NCBI GenBank assembly: GCA_965202585.1 | Contig: OZ241834.1 | Coordinates: 10,912,001-10,976,000, forward strand | Direction: 5' to 3' | Source: Thalia democratica | Taxonomy: Eukaryota | DNA length: 64,000 nucleotides | Shown: positions 53,201 to 64,000 of the stretch, piece by piece | Layout of the letters: each line of letters begins with the position of its first letter | How positions within the stretch are numbered: position 1 is the first letter of the stretch | The notes under the pieces: generated by a model | What the model was told of the DNA's origin: nothing | The model's database searches: none | The model's input: only the letters and a program-made list of their open reading frames with translations | Program-made: the position numbers and the translations under genes

Positions 53201-56200
53201 TTTAGGTTCAATTTTATAAATATTTTATGACTTATCAGCAAAAGCAATTAACTTATTTGATTTTCTTACTTTATATAAATCATTTCTCATTGTTGTGGAC
53301 AACGGTTTTTTTTCTAAACTTTAAACTATTAATTAAATCATATAAATAATTTTCAAACCTTTCTAGATAATATAATAAAATAATAAAAAATAATATACCA
53401 CAGATGTTTTTGTGTCAAAACTTTATTCCGACTAACGGCGTGTCACTGCTCTCAAATAAATTTAAGAACAGATCTACGGAGTCTCAAAAAAGCTCTAAGA
53501 ATTTGACACTAAAACATCTGTGGTATATATTCCGATAAACTTAGCTTATCAGGATCTCCAGGATATAACACCTTTTAACGTTACATGTTAAAAAATGATA
53601 TATATATATATATATATACTATTTCACTAAATAATGTAAAAAGTTACAATTTATCTCAGTACATTGTTTTTTAGTTTTCGTTTAAGTAATCTACAGAAAC
53701 TTCATAAAATATTTTAACCAAAACTATACTACATTTTTACAAAAACTTTTAAAAGAAAAAAACAATTTTACAAAGTAGTTTAAGTAACAACACGTTAATA
53801 TTCTAACTTTAGTTAAAAAAATTTACTTATCAAACAAAAACTTTATTTCATTAAATCAGTGAAGCTTATAAGTAAAACCATGCATCCTTAACAAAACAAA
53901 ACATAAAACCAAGCTCTCATATTACATCAACTAACGCTTCCTTTATACATCATAACTAAGCAAAAGTGTTGAATGACCAGAACATAATACTTTTTAAATT
54001 TTACCGAACAGCGTCCTGTTTAATTTTCAATAAAGTGAATCACCTTACCTTTACTGCAAACAAAAATTTACTAAAAATAATCGTAATCTTATACAAAATA
54101 CGTGAACACTTGAATTTGTGTTTGAAGTTACATAAACAAAATCGTATCTAATTCGGTGCTTTTTTTCAATAAGTAAAAAACAAATTGTACTTGTTTTCAT
54201 AAAACCGAGTTTAACACAAAATCAAACAAATAAAGTTTTGAAGTACAAATAAAATTAAAAACTAAAAATATACAGTATATTGCTTCTAAAATATAATTAA
54301 GATAAAAAAACTTTTTAAGCTTTGTATAAAAAAGTTTCTAATTACATACTATTAATGAAAAAATAAATAAAAAAATATTTTTCCAAATGAGCATCATAAA
54401 CATTTTGAACAATATCTGTTTTTGAATAAATACGCACTAATCGATAGTTTGTTTTCTTCTAAATTTCAGCTTAACGGCTAAAATCATAAAACTTAAAAAC
54501 AAAATCAGCACAAGTTTTTTTTTTTACTTATACAAAGCAAGCTACAGCTGTAGTTCAAAATAAACGGCACTATTACAAACTTTAAAAAAAGCTGTTTAAT
54601 GCAACTTTTTCAATGTTCTACACACTTTTTGGAATTTATTTTATACTTGTGATAGCTTTTTATACTAGGAGTTGTACTGGTTAACATAGAAAATATATTC
54701 AATTTATGTTTGCAAACTGTCAAGCATATTTGTGATTAAAAAATACTTTTCACACTTAAAATTTATAACAAAGTTGTAGGTTAGAAATTTATTTCTTCTC
54801 AAAAAGGTATTTTGAAAGATATTTAGAAAGATGTTTACCTAAACAGTGAGTCACAAACAAACGTATTATAAACAATTCTGTGCTTAATTTAAATGTCTAA
54901 AATGCTAATTTTAATAGCACAATTAATCTTTTACTGATACCAAAGAGATATTCTATTACTAAATTTCCTAAAATAAATAACAAGAAGCCTTTTTAATTAT
55001 TGAATAAAATGTTGAATAGTAACTCGTATATCATTAAAAAAAAAAACTATACATCTGTATTAATTTGTTAGTTGGAAATTAAGTTAATTGAGTAAACAAC
55101 CTATACTTGCATATGCTTTAAGTGTTCATAAGACTGTGTTTACTAAACAATAAAATTCAATTGAAATAGTATAAAAACATACTCTAGAACTGAAAAGAGA
55201 AGTCACTCTGAATCTGTTAATGTAATGAAGTCCAATCCATGCCAAGCACATTAGGACTAAAACCATGAAAGAGATGGACACGAAAACTAAGGAAGCCATG
55301 TGGATAGGAAATCTGCATTACAGTTGAATATAAAAGTCATAAAAATATATTTTAATAGAGTTATTTTTGGTTTTAACAAATAGTTAGTTATTACAATTTT
55401 TAACATACCTCAAAACATTCTAACAAGTTTTACTAATATTTCATTATTTAACTAAAACTTCATTTTAGAAAGTTAACATGCAAACTATCTTTTTTTTTAC
55501 TATTTTTATTTTTAAGACATAAGTAAGCAAATCTTGAGATTCAATTAGTCTTTTTTAATAATTACTAAATAAATAAAAAAGTAAATTTTCTTTGAAATGC
55601 ATATTTTTCCGTATTTTTGTTCTATAAGAGGCATACAATGACCAGATTCACCAACAATTCATAGTTATACTTAGTTAGCTAAACTAGTTAAAACAGTTAC
55701 AATTCTTATACAGGTTGAAAATTGCTTAAGTTTCTGTTTAATAATATTTAAAAAAAATCAACTTTTAATTTATATCAACATTAACACATTAACAAAACTT
55801 TCAACTATTTTTTTTCTTATAACTTAAATTTATAGAACACAAATTTATTTGGTTGACTTAAATTCTAGGTTACACAACAAAAGGTCCAAAGTTTTACTCA
55901 TTAAACCACTATTCAAAAATAAATAATTTGTATTTTTTGGCAAAAGCGTTATAAAATACAGCAAACTTACTGGTCACTCGAGTAGTAGTAAACATTATCA
56001 TTAGGTCTTACGTACAACACTAATTCTTTGTTGTTTAGTAGATGAAAACTTGTTCTAATTAAAACGCTATTTTCAATTTCATGAAGCAAAGTTGAAGTTA
56101 CAAAACTTTCGTAATCCAAAACAACCATCATTTTACCGGGAAATTTTTCAGCTACAAACAAAAAACTAAAGTTATCAAAAGAAGTTTATTTTAACTTTTT

Positions 56201-59052
56201 TTTCTGAGGTTACAACAACAAATGTTACAAACGTATCAAATTCATTACAGTCTTTATTTAAGAAATTATTAAACTTTTGTTAGGTTGTTTTAAATTTATG
56301 GTTTCTTTTTAATAAAAAAATAATATATAGATACATTTTTAACAAATTTATATATAAACATAAACTACAGATGTTCTTGTGCTAAAACTTTATTTCAACT
56401 AACGGCGTTTCACTGCTCTCAAATAAATTTAAGAACAGATCTACGGAGTCTATAAAATGTTAACACACATTAGAAAAAAAGCAGAAAAAAGCATGTATAA
56501 TTATGTATAGTATTTATCTAGGTAGTAACTATAAATGGACTTTATGGTTTAAAAACAAAGTTTGGGATAAAAGCATAAAATTATAAAATTGACTACAAAA
56601 AAAACAAATTTAATAAAAGTAGGCACTAACCTCAAAAAGCTCTAAGAATAGGCAAGTTATAAAAATGAAAATTAAATTGAGTTGTGCAGAAATGTTACGT
56701 CATAATAATTTTAACAAATTGTTCAATAATTTATACAGCTTAAAAACATGAAGTATTAAACTTGCAAGTATATGTGAGTTTTGTGAAATAAATTAGTACA
56801 TAAATAGACAGAGTTATTTAAAGTAGAATCGTCGGTTATGGGGACAGATATTCGATAAATCTTGCCGCTTATTCAGAAGTAGGTCTTTATCTTCTGCTGC
56901 AATTACTATCTTTCTGTATTGCAAGTTGGGCAAATTCTACTTACTCCGTTGGATGCATGTTTGATCTTTGAAACAATACTCCACTCCATGTTTGGCCTTT
57001 TACCGTACCTGTGAAAAAAGCTCCAGACATAATCCGATAAACGCGTGCTTTGTTTTTTATTTATATTTTTAAAAGTATGTTTATGATTAAACAAAGCACG
57101 CGTTTATCGGATTATGTCTGGAGCTTTTTTCACAGGTACGGTAAAAGGCCAAACATGGAGTGGAGTATTGTTTCAAAGATCAAACATGCATCCAACGGAG
57201 TAAGTAGAATTTGCCCAACTTGCAATACAGAAAGAGCAGTAATTGCAGCAGAAGATAAAGACCTACTTCTGAATAAGCGGCAAGATTTATCGAATATCTG
57301 TCCCCATAACCGACGATTCTACTTTAAATAACTCTGTCTATTTATGTACTAATTTATTTCACAAAACTCACATATACTTGCAAGTTTAATACTTCATGTT
57401 TTTAAGCTGTATAAATTATTGAACAATTTGTTAAAATTATTATGACGTAACATTTCTGCACAACTCAATTTAATTTTCATTTTTATAACTTGCCTATTCT
57501 TAGAGCTTTTTGAGGTTAGTGCCTACTTTTATTAAATTTGTTTTTTTTGTAGTCAATTTTATAATTTTATGCTTTTATCCCAAACTTTGTTTTTAAACCA
57601 TAAAGTCCATTTATAGTTACTACCTAGATAAATACTATACATAATTATACATGCTTTTTTCTGCTTTTTTTCTAATGTGTGTTAACATTTTATAGACTCC
57701 GTAGATCTGTTCTTAAATTTATTTGAGAGCAGTGAAACGCCGTTAGTTGAAATAAAGTTTTAGCACAAGAACATCTGTGGTATACATTCCGATAAGCTTA
57801 GCTTATCAGGATCTCCAGGATTTAACGCCTTATAACGTTACATCTTATAAACATAAACTATCTTGTTTTCGGCAAAACTTATAATAGTATTTTCAGCCTT
57901 AACAACTTTTAACTAAAAAATATTTAAACATAAAGAAATTGAATGTTTAATAAAGCTAAATTATTTAAGTTAACATAAAGCAATTGATAAAATTACAGAA
58001 GTACGTAATCTAAATTATTAGGAGAACGTATATAAGTATATAAACTTAAGAACAATTTAACTACTTATCTTAAATCATTAACGTTTAAAAAAAAATACTA
58101 TAACTTTTTTAACTTTTTTTTTCTGTCTATAGAAAGTGCTTCTTTTTTTTATAATAATGAATTTCACCAAAACTAAACAATAAACATTCATTAAACTTAC
58201 TTAAAAGCGTTCTAAGGCTTTTCGATTCCTCTGGTGTTGAATAGTTGCTTGGATACAAAATAAAAGCTGAGTAGACAATAATTTGATTTTCCTAAATAAA
58301 ATTAATTTTAAATAAGTAAATAATTAAATGCTGTAAGTTCTAAACGATAAATAGTTCAAAAAAAAAGTTTTTAATTAAAACCCTTGTTTATGATAAAAAC
58401 GTATTTAAAAGTAAAATGTATATTTTAGAACTTAATTTAAAATAATTTAACTACTAAAATAATTTTAATAACAACTTTCAAGTTATACTCAATTAATTAA
58501 AGCTAGAGTATGACAACTTCTTGAACTCATTATCTTCTATTTACTGATGTACTATTAATCATAACTTAGGTTTACTTTTATATCAGTTTAACATAAAGAA
58601 ACGTGTGACAGTTTTTAAAAACTTGAGTATATTGAAAATTGTAGTTGTATATTTCAACGAACATGTATTGTTCGGATACTATTGCCAAATATCATTAAGC
58701 TAGCAATTAATATCACTTAAACACTTTTAATAATTTAAATAATGTATTTTAAAAGTCTTAAAAAAATAAAAAGCTAAATACACTTTTAGTACACTACTTT
58801 TTGAATTTTATTTAAGGCTAGATGCTTAGTAAAATAAATATGTAACTAATTTAAACTTACTAATATTTTAAGATTGTTTATCAAACAAGACTTGGGCAGA
58901 AACGCCACCTTCACAACTTTCCTGGTCAAGTAGCTTTTGGAATGATTCAAAGCAACTGATGAGTTGACATTGTAGCATTCGTTCAAAACTTCCAGACGTG
59001 CATCAACCACATCATAATAATTTGAGATCAGCTCACCATTTAGCTTCATAAC
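47281..59052 (-). CDS. PA-TM-RING-H2 E3 ubiquitin ligase, goliath/RNF130/RNF149/RNF150-like, 5'-partial
   Basis: Exons 58861-59052, 58201-58291, 55971-56151, 55183-55312, 50978-51117, 50348-50453, 47601-47666, 47281-47340 (966 nt, phase-consistent, TGA at 47281-47283). The TM segment [29 protein letters not shown] matches goliath-family FVSISF..LAW..YI.RFR. RING-H2: [41 protein letters not shown]. The signal-peptide exon was not found; the last two exons are less certain. Confidence 0.88.
48952..49483. mobile_element. hAT-like MITE (cagggttgcc ends, ttttcctgac subterminal repeats), copy 1
   Basis: Starts cagggttgccaaaaatcaagctgagaaaaaattcc and ends gaggtagccctg; homologous along its length to 59425-60564. 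Related extra ends at 48659 and ~50112-50124 (with ccaggttttt repeats). TSD not clean. Confidence 0.7.
51340..53330 (-). mobile_element. Penelope-like retroelement (Naiad-type), 5'-truncated, decayed RT + C-terminal GIY-YIG endonuclease + hammerhead-bearing 3' region
   Basis: Frameshifted translation gives [153 protein letters not shown] (stop ~51543). Lies in an intron of the E3-ligase gene, same strand. Confidence 0.9.
51355..51406 (-). ncRNA. Type I minimal hammerhead ribozyme
   Basis: Minus strand: ACUAA-CUGAAGA-G-CUGUUCUG-UCCAA-CAGAACAG-U-GAAAC-AUUU-GUA^UUAGU. Perfect 5-bp stem I, intact CUGAnGA/GAAA core, 8-bp stem II, short near-palindromic stem III, GUA cleavage triplet (cut between 51360 and 51359). 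Confidence 0.88.
53398..53589. mobile_element. Short fold-back insertion of a PLE terminal-repeat family (192 bp)
   Basis: Contains ctctcaaataaatttaagaacagatctacggagtct, an inverted ccacagatg..tgtcaaa / tttgacac..catctgtgg pair, and the end gatctccaggatataacaccttttaacgttacatgt. Flanks aaaaaataatata / aaaaaatgatata (13-bp TSD, 1 mismatch). Confidence 0.8.
56368..57845. mobile_element. Penelope-like (Naiad-type) 3' fragment inserted as a ~690-bp inverted duplication
   Basis: Arms ~56367-57055 and 57089-57778 with a 33-nt spacer. Each arm encodes the GIY-YIG C-terminus ([46 protein letters not shown]). Perfect 15-bp TSD tataaacataaacta at 56353-56367 and 57846-57860. Confidence 0.93.
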
Positions 59053-59424
59053 CTAAAAATAATGATTTTATTACGATAATATATTTTTAAGTTATGTTTT
59101 AAAGTTAAAAATAGACAGTTAGCACTAGTACTTTTTTCTGTTTATAAACTATAACTGTAGAGGTAGACTTATATTTACTTGGTAAATAGAACTTGTGTTA
59201 TTTTGCTACAATTCTGATTAAATATTATAGAAAATTTATTGCTCACTATTTATTTACTCTGTAATGAAAAAAAATTGTATTAAAACATATTAAAATACCG
59301 TAACCTGCCAACTAAGTACATAAGTTACTAAATTTTGAATTGCAACATTCTTTGTTTTCGTGTTCGTATTTCGCTTATTTATACGCTTTTTACATTTATG
59401 TTGCAACCATTGGTATGTAAATGT

Positions 59425-60564
59425 CAAGGTTGCAATGAGATCAAGCTGAGAAAAATTTCCTGACTTTTCCTGACTTTTTACTAAAATTTTCCTGACTTTT
59501 CTAAATAAAGCTCTTTATTTACACCTATTGTAAAACACATAATCAAACACTTAAAACTATATATTTTTTATACAGGTTAAAACAACAGTTTTTTTTTTTG
59601 CTGAATTCAATTATCTAACTTCCATTACATTTATTAAACCGTCTATACATGATTGATGAATTTGCAATAAAAAACATATCCTAACATAAATGTATCTAAA
59701 TCAGGGTTTCCAAAACTTTTTTGCAAATAGCCCCCTTTTTAGAAATAGTTAAAGCCATTGCCCCTTCAACAAGATTACTCATAAACTATCATAAAAACAC
59801 TTAAGACTTTTTTTTTTTTTTTTTGCTCTTCATCTGCAACTCAAGAGTTTCTAGTGTAAGTTTCAAATTATGACCTCATAGCCCCCCTGTGGCTCCTTTA
59901 CTGCGCATGGCCCCCCCTCTTACCCCTTTGCTGCTCGTGGCCCCCGGAGTATCTGTCATGGCCCACAAAGGGACCACTTGGCCCACTTTGGGAAACCCTG
60001 ATCTAAATAAACGAAAGAACATATAAGTAACCTTTACAAACAAAACCTTAAAACAAAATAGAACTTAATCAATCACAGTTTTTCTTAGTAATGTACTTTT
60101 TTTTTTCTCCGTTTCTTTATTAGCACTTCAACCTCTTCATCTAATGGAGATATGGTATTCTTTATCTGGTCTATCTTATCTATCCCACTTAATTTTATTG
60201 GCAATTAAAACCATTTTCCTCATTTTATTTAAATCGTTCTCATATGCTGCTCCTACACTTGCTGAGGAGAATATTTTCTCTAAATCTAGCCACAGTTTGT
60301 GGGCTTCATTTCTTTTCTATTTGCACTCATTTTATCAATTTTACCAGTTCAAGGCATTGGAAATTAAGTAATTTTGTAAATTTTTAGAAAAATTTTGCAA
60401 TTTGTCTGACTTTAAAGGATTTTTAATTAATTTTTTACCATTTAAAGGCTTTGCAAAATAAGGAATTTTGTAAATTTTAACTAAAAAATCTGACTTTTTT
60501 CAAATTTCCTAACTTTTTTTTTTAATCCCATTTTCCTGACTTTCCTGACATTGTGGCAACCCTG
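59425..60564. mobile_element. hAT-like MITE copy 2, interrupted by nested insertions
   Basis: 59425-~59605 and ~60335-60564 align with the two halves of 48952-49483 (atcaagctgagaaaaa..; aaggcattggaaattaagtaattttgtaaattt..); ends gtggcaaccctg. Confidence 0.75.
59702..60000. mobile_element. hAT (Buster-type) MITE, 299 bp
   Basis: TIR cagggtttcc / ggaaaccctg; perfect 8-bp TSD atctaaat (59694-59701, 60001-60008); gccccc subterminal motifs. Confidence 0.9.
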
Positions 60565-61252
60565 ATACTACAAGCAAGTTTTTATAGAACTAAAAAATTG
60601 TATTTAACTTTTGCGAAATTGCATTTTCATTTTCATAATTGTCAATTTTCTTGGAAATTTTAAAAATCACAAAAATCTATCTTCTCCTTCATTTTTGGAG
60701 CTGGAGACCTCAAACTTTCAGAAAATTTTCCTTTTATAGTTTTAAAGACTTTGGATGTTACCACTTTGAAAATATTTTAAATTAAAGTTTTAGAAAATTA
60801 AAAAATGAAGAAGAAGACAGATTTTTAATGAAATAGTCTTTTTTTTTTTGCATTTTTGGTTGTGCCTTCTATTAGGAAGCTATAGAGGTCACTGACTTTG
60901 ATTGCTTACATCTAAAAATTAATTTGAATTTTTAAAGCAATTAAAAATTTCTGACAGCTCAGATAAAATTCTATAAAATAAGGTCAAATTGTAAAAATCA
61001 AGGTGGACCCCCCCTATGCTCTTATTTGTAGTTTGTTTGTTTTTAATATTGATTTGATATACAACTTTTAAGTACATACTTTTTTAAGTTCCTTTAATTT
61101 TAACATATTTACATTCAATTGAGTATAAGTTATGATATAATATAACAATTTTGTATTATTTCATGTTTATTTTTTAAATTTCAAAGAAAATTATGAATTT
61201 TGAACACAGCGTTCTTCGGCTAAAAAGTGTGTACCATAACAGCAGTTTGTAC

Positions 61253-62968
61253 CACAAGGGTTACTTTGGATCGAATAGCTTTTTTTTTCAATTTTTTTTT
61301 TAACCAAACCTTAAAACCCATTATTTTAAATTTCTTTAATGCTAACTTAGGAACTTTCTAAAGAACGTTCTTTTGCTTTGCTTTTCACAATAATTTTCAT
61401 CAAATGGGGTTCGACTTTAGTAGTGGGGCCCCTTTAAAAATTCAACGTTTTTTTTCAATTTTTTTACTTATTTTAGCTTTTCTCCAAAAATAAAATAATA
61501 AGTTATTTTTTATATTACTTATCAAACTAAGTTTGTTGTGATGGATTTTTTTTCCTTTAAATTTCTTTTTTATAAGATATTCCATAATAATTTTTTTTTA
61601 AATATTCAAATTTATCGTGGCTCAACTGCAAATATATAATAATTTTATAAGATGTAACGTTAAAAGGCGTTATATCCTGGAGATCATGATAAGCTAAGCT
61701 TATCGAATATATACCACAGATGTTTTTGTGTTAAAACTTTATTTCGACTAACGGCGTTTCACTGCTCTCAAATAAATTTAAGAACAGATCTACGGAGTCT
61801 ATAAAATATTAACACACATTAGAAAAAAAGCAGAAAAACCATGTATACTAATGTATAATGTTTATGTAGGTAGTAACTATAAACGAACTTTATGATTTAA
61901 GTTTGGAATAAAAACATAAAATTATAAAATTGTCTACAAAAATACAAATTTAATAAAAGTAAGCACTAACCTCAAAAATCTCTAAGAATAGGCAAGTTTT
62001 TAAATATGAAAATTAAATTGAGTTGTGCAGAAATGTTACGTCATAATAAATTTAACAATTTTTAAGGTTAGTGCTTACTTTTATCAAATTTGTATTTTTG
62101 TAGACAATTTTATAAGTTTATGTTTTTATTCCAAACTTAAACCATAAAGTCCATTTATAGTTTTACTACCTTCATAAACATTATACATAATTATACATGC
62201 TTTTTCTGCTTTTTTTTCTAATGTGGGTTAATATTTTATAGACTCCGTAGATCTGTTCTTAAATTTATTTGAGAGCAGTGAAACGCCGTTAGTCGAAATA
62301 AAGTTTTAACACAAAAACATATGTGGTAATAATTTTGTATTAATTTTTATTTTCAATATTCTTATTCAACTAAGTTTTATATTAAGGAAGTATTAATTTT
62401 TTCTTTTTTTTATTATATAACCTATGCAAATTTTACATAAATTCATAGCACTTGAGCCAGAAATCCCTCAAATAATGTTAACAAATATGGCTTAAGTTCT
62501 ATGAATTTATGTAAAACTTACATAGGTTATATATTATAAAAAAAAGTTAATACTTCCTTACTATAAAACTTAGTTAAATAAAAATATTGAAAATAAAAAT
62601 TAATATAAAATTATTATATATTTGCAGTTGAGCCATGATAAATTTTAATATTTGGAAAATTTTATATGGGGATATTTTATAAAAAAGAAATTTAAAGGAA
62701 AAAATATAATTCTATTATAATAAACTTAGTTTAATAAGTAAGTTAAAAAAAATATATTAATTAATTTTGAGAGAAAAAAAATGTTAAAATTTTAAAGGGG
62801 CCGCACTACTAAAGTCAAACCCCAATTCGATGGAAATTAATGTGAATAGCAAAGCAAAAGAACGTTCTTTAGAATAAAAAAAAAAAATTCAAGTTAGCAT
62901 TAAAAAAATTAAAATTTGGTTTAAAAAAAAATGAAAATAAATCTATTCGAGCCAAAGTAAACCTCGTG
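61253..62968. mobile_element. Fold-back DNA element with very long TIRs (Galileo/P-superfamily-like)
   Basis: Ends cacaagggttactttgg / ccaaagtaaacctcgtg (CAC..GTG); 7-bp TSD tttgtac (61246-61252, 62969-62975). Left arm 61253-61649 plus ~62327-62460 mirrors right arm ~62495-62968 across a short loop. Confidence 0.8.
61650..62326. mobile_element. Fold-back insertion of the PLE terminal-repeat family (677 bp) nested in the long-TIR element
   Basis: Same sequence family as 56368-57845, opposite orientation, lacking the coding part; internal inversion near 62060. TSD taataattttata / taataattttgta; the empty site is preserved in the opposite TIR arm (~62600-62630). Confidence 0.87.
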
Positions 62969-64000
62969 TTTGTACCTAGGAGGTGCGTACCTAGTTGGCA
63001 GGTCTTTGTACTTTGTACCCTTTTTTAAAGTTTATCAGTTTACAAATTGGTTTGTATTTATTTATTATTTATTTTTAATATAAGACTTGACGTTTAAATA
63101 TAACTGTATTCTGAATGAATTAAGTTATTAGAAAAGTAATAAGACATTTTACTATAAAAAGTTTTTTTTTAAACTCTTTTTCATAAATGCCTCTTAGGCA
63201 GAAGTCTAAAAAACAGTCGCCCCTTTATTGGATATCGCCCCTTTACTACTTAATTACCTACCTACTTTTGCGGCCCTGATATGAGAACCCTGTACTAAGA
63301 ATTACTTCACAAATCAATATAATATATATCAAAAAAATCTACATATCTTTGGCTTAGCTTATTATTTTTTGTTTATAAATGTTTTTGATGTTGTCGTCCT
63401 CAAAAGATTAAAAAATTAAGAAACTTACATAAACACATACAAACTACAAAGTACATGATTGGTACAAAAATGTTTAAAAAATGTTTGCATTCTAAAAAGA
63501 TTTGAGTAAACCTATATTATTATACTGTATTAAAATGAAAACATATATATTTGTTTAATTGAACTGACTAAATTACAGAGTAATTGAAATATACATGTTT
63601 AATCTATATTTTTTTGTAATAATAATTTTTTACATGAACTGTTACTAAGAATATTAAAATATTTTAATTGAACTTACAATGATGATGGAGTAAAAATTAA
63701 TTAATTAAAATGTACATTAATTTTCCGTAGAATTAACCTCAGTTCATTAAAAAATAAAACACATTTCTTTGTTTCTATTTAATTTTAATTTTTTTTTTAA
63801 TATATTAGTATACATGGGATTCATTTGAAATTAAACATATAATTATGTAACTTGTTTTCAGTATAATAATTTTGCTCCGAAATTCTTTACGTTTTGCAGT
63901 TTATTTCATTAGTCAGTATAAGAACTGAGATTTATCAGTTGCAAAGTAAATAGATAGATATAGTAAATTGAAATTAAATATATTTCCATATAAAACAAGA

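Noticed and set aside
56367-57778. Possibility that the long palindrome is an assembly artefact
   Set aside because: Judged unlikely: it has a perfect flanking 15-bp TSD, an arm-specific difference, an asymmetric unique end, and two other copies with the same architecture. Read-level confirmation is still needed.
171-59052. Operon interpretation of three co-oriented genes
   Set aside because: Intergenic distances of about 7 kb and 20 kb, full of repeats, are far larger than in tunicate-type polycistrons.
9436-60300. Other CTGAnGA matches (e.g. ~9440, 12721, 14024, 16255, 30755, 33490, 60263)
   Set aside because: None has a stem II followed by GAAA and a closing NUH/stem I.

Overview
Very AT-rich eukaryotic (metazoan) genomic DNA in which mostly GC-richer exons sit in long, repeat-filled introns. 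I assembled three protein-coding genes by hand, all on the minus strand and all phase-consistent at GT-AG junctions. (1) An opsin-family GPCR with 5 exons covering TM1-TM6; TM7 lies off the left edge. (2) A complete 11-exon voltage-sensing phosphatase (VSP/TPTE family, 528 aa). Its many motifs identical to Ciona VSP suggest a tunicate host (inference). (3) A goliath/RNF130/RNF150-type PA-TM-RING-H2 E3 ligase with 8 exons; the first exon was not found. The non-coding DNA holds hAT (Buster-type) elements and MITEs, a Galileo/P-like foldback element, a ~2.2 kb tandem duplication of a decayed coding sequence, two GC-rich islands with stop-interrupted frames, and a 5-copy structured ~120-nt repeat concentrated in the opsin locus. 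The most striking system is Penelope-like (Naiad-type) retroelement material in and upstream of the E3-ligase gene. It comprises a decayed RT + GIY-YIG copy followed by an apparently intact minimal hammerhead ribozyme on the host sense strand, plus three separate fold-back insertions (192, 677 and 1478 bp) that share one end and nearly one inversion point; one forms a ~690-bp near-perfect hairpin. No database searches or folding programs were run; family assignments rest on recalled motifs.
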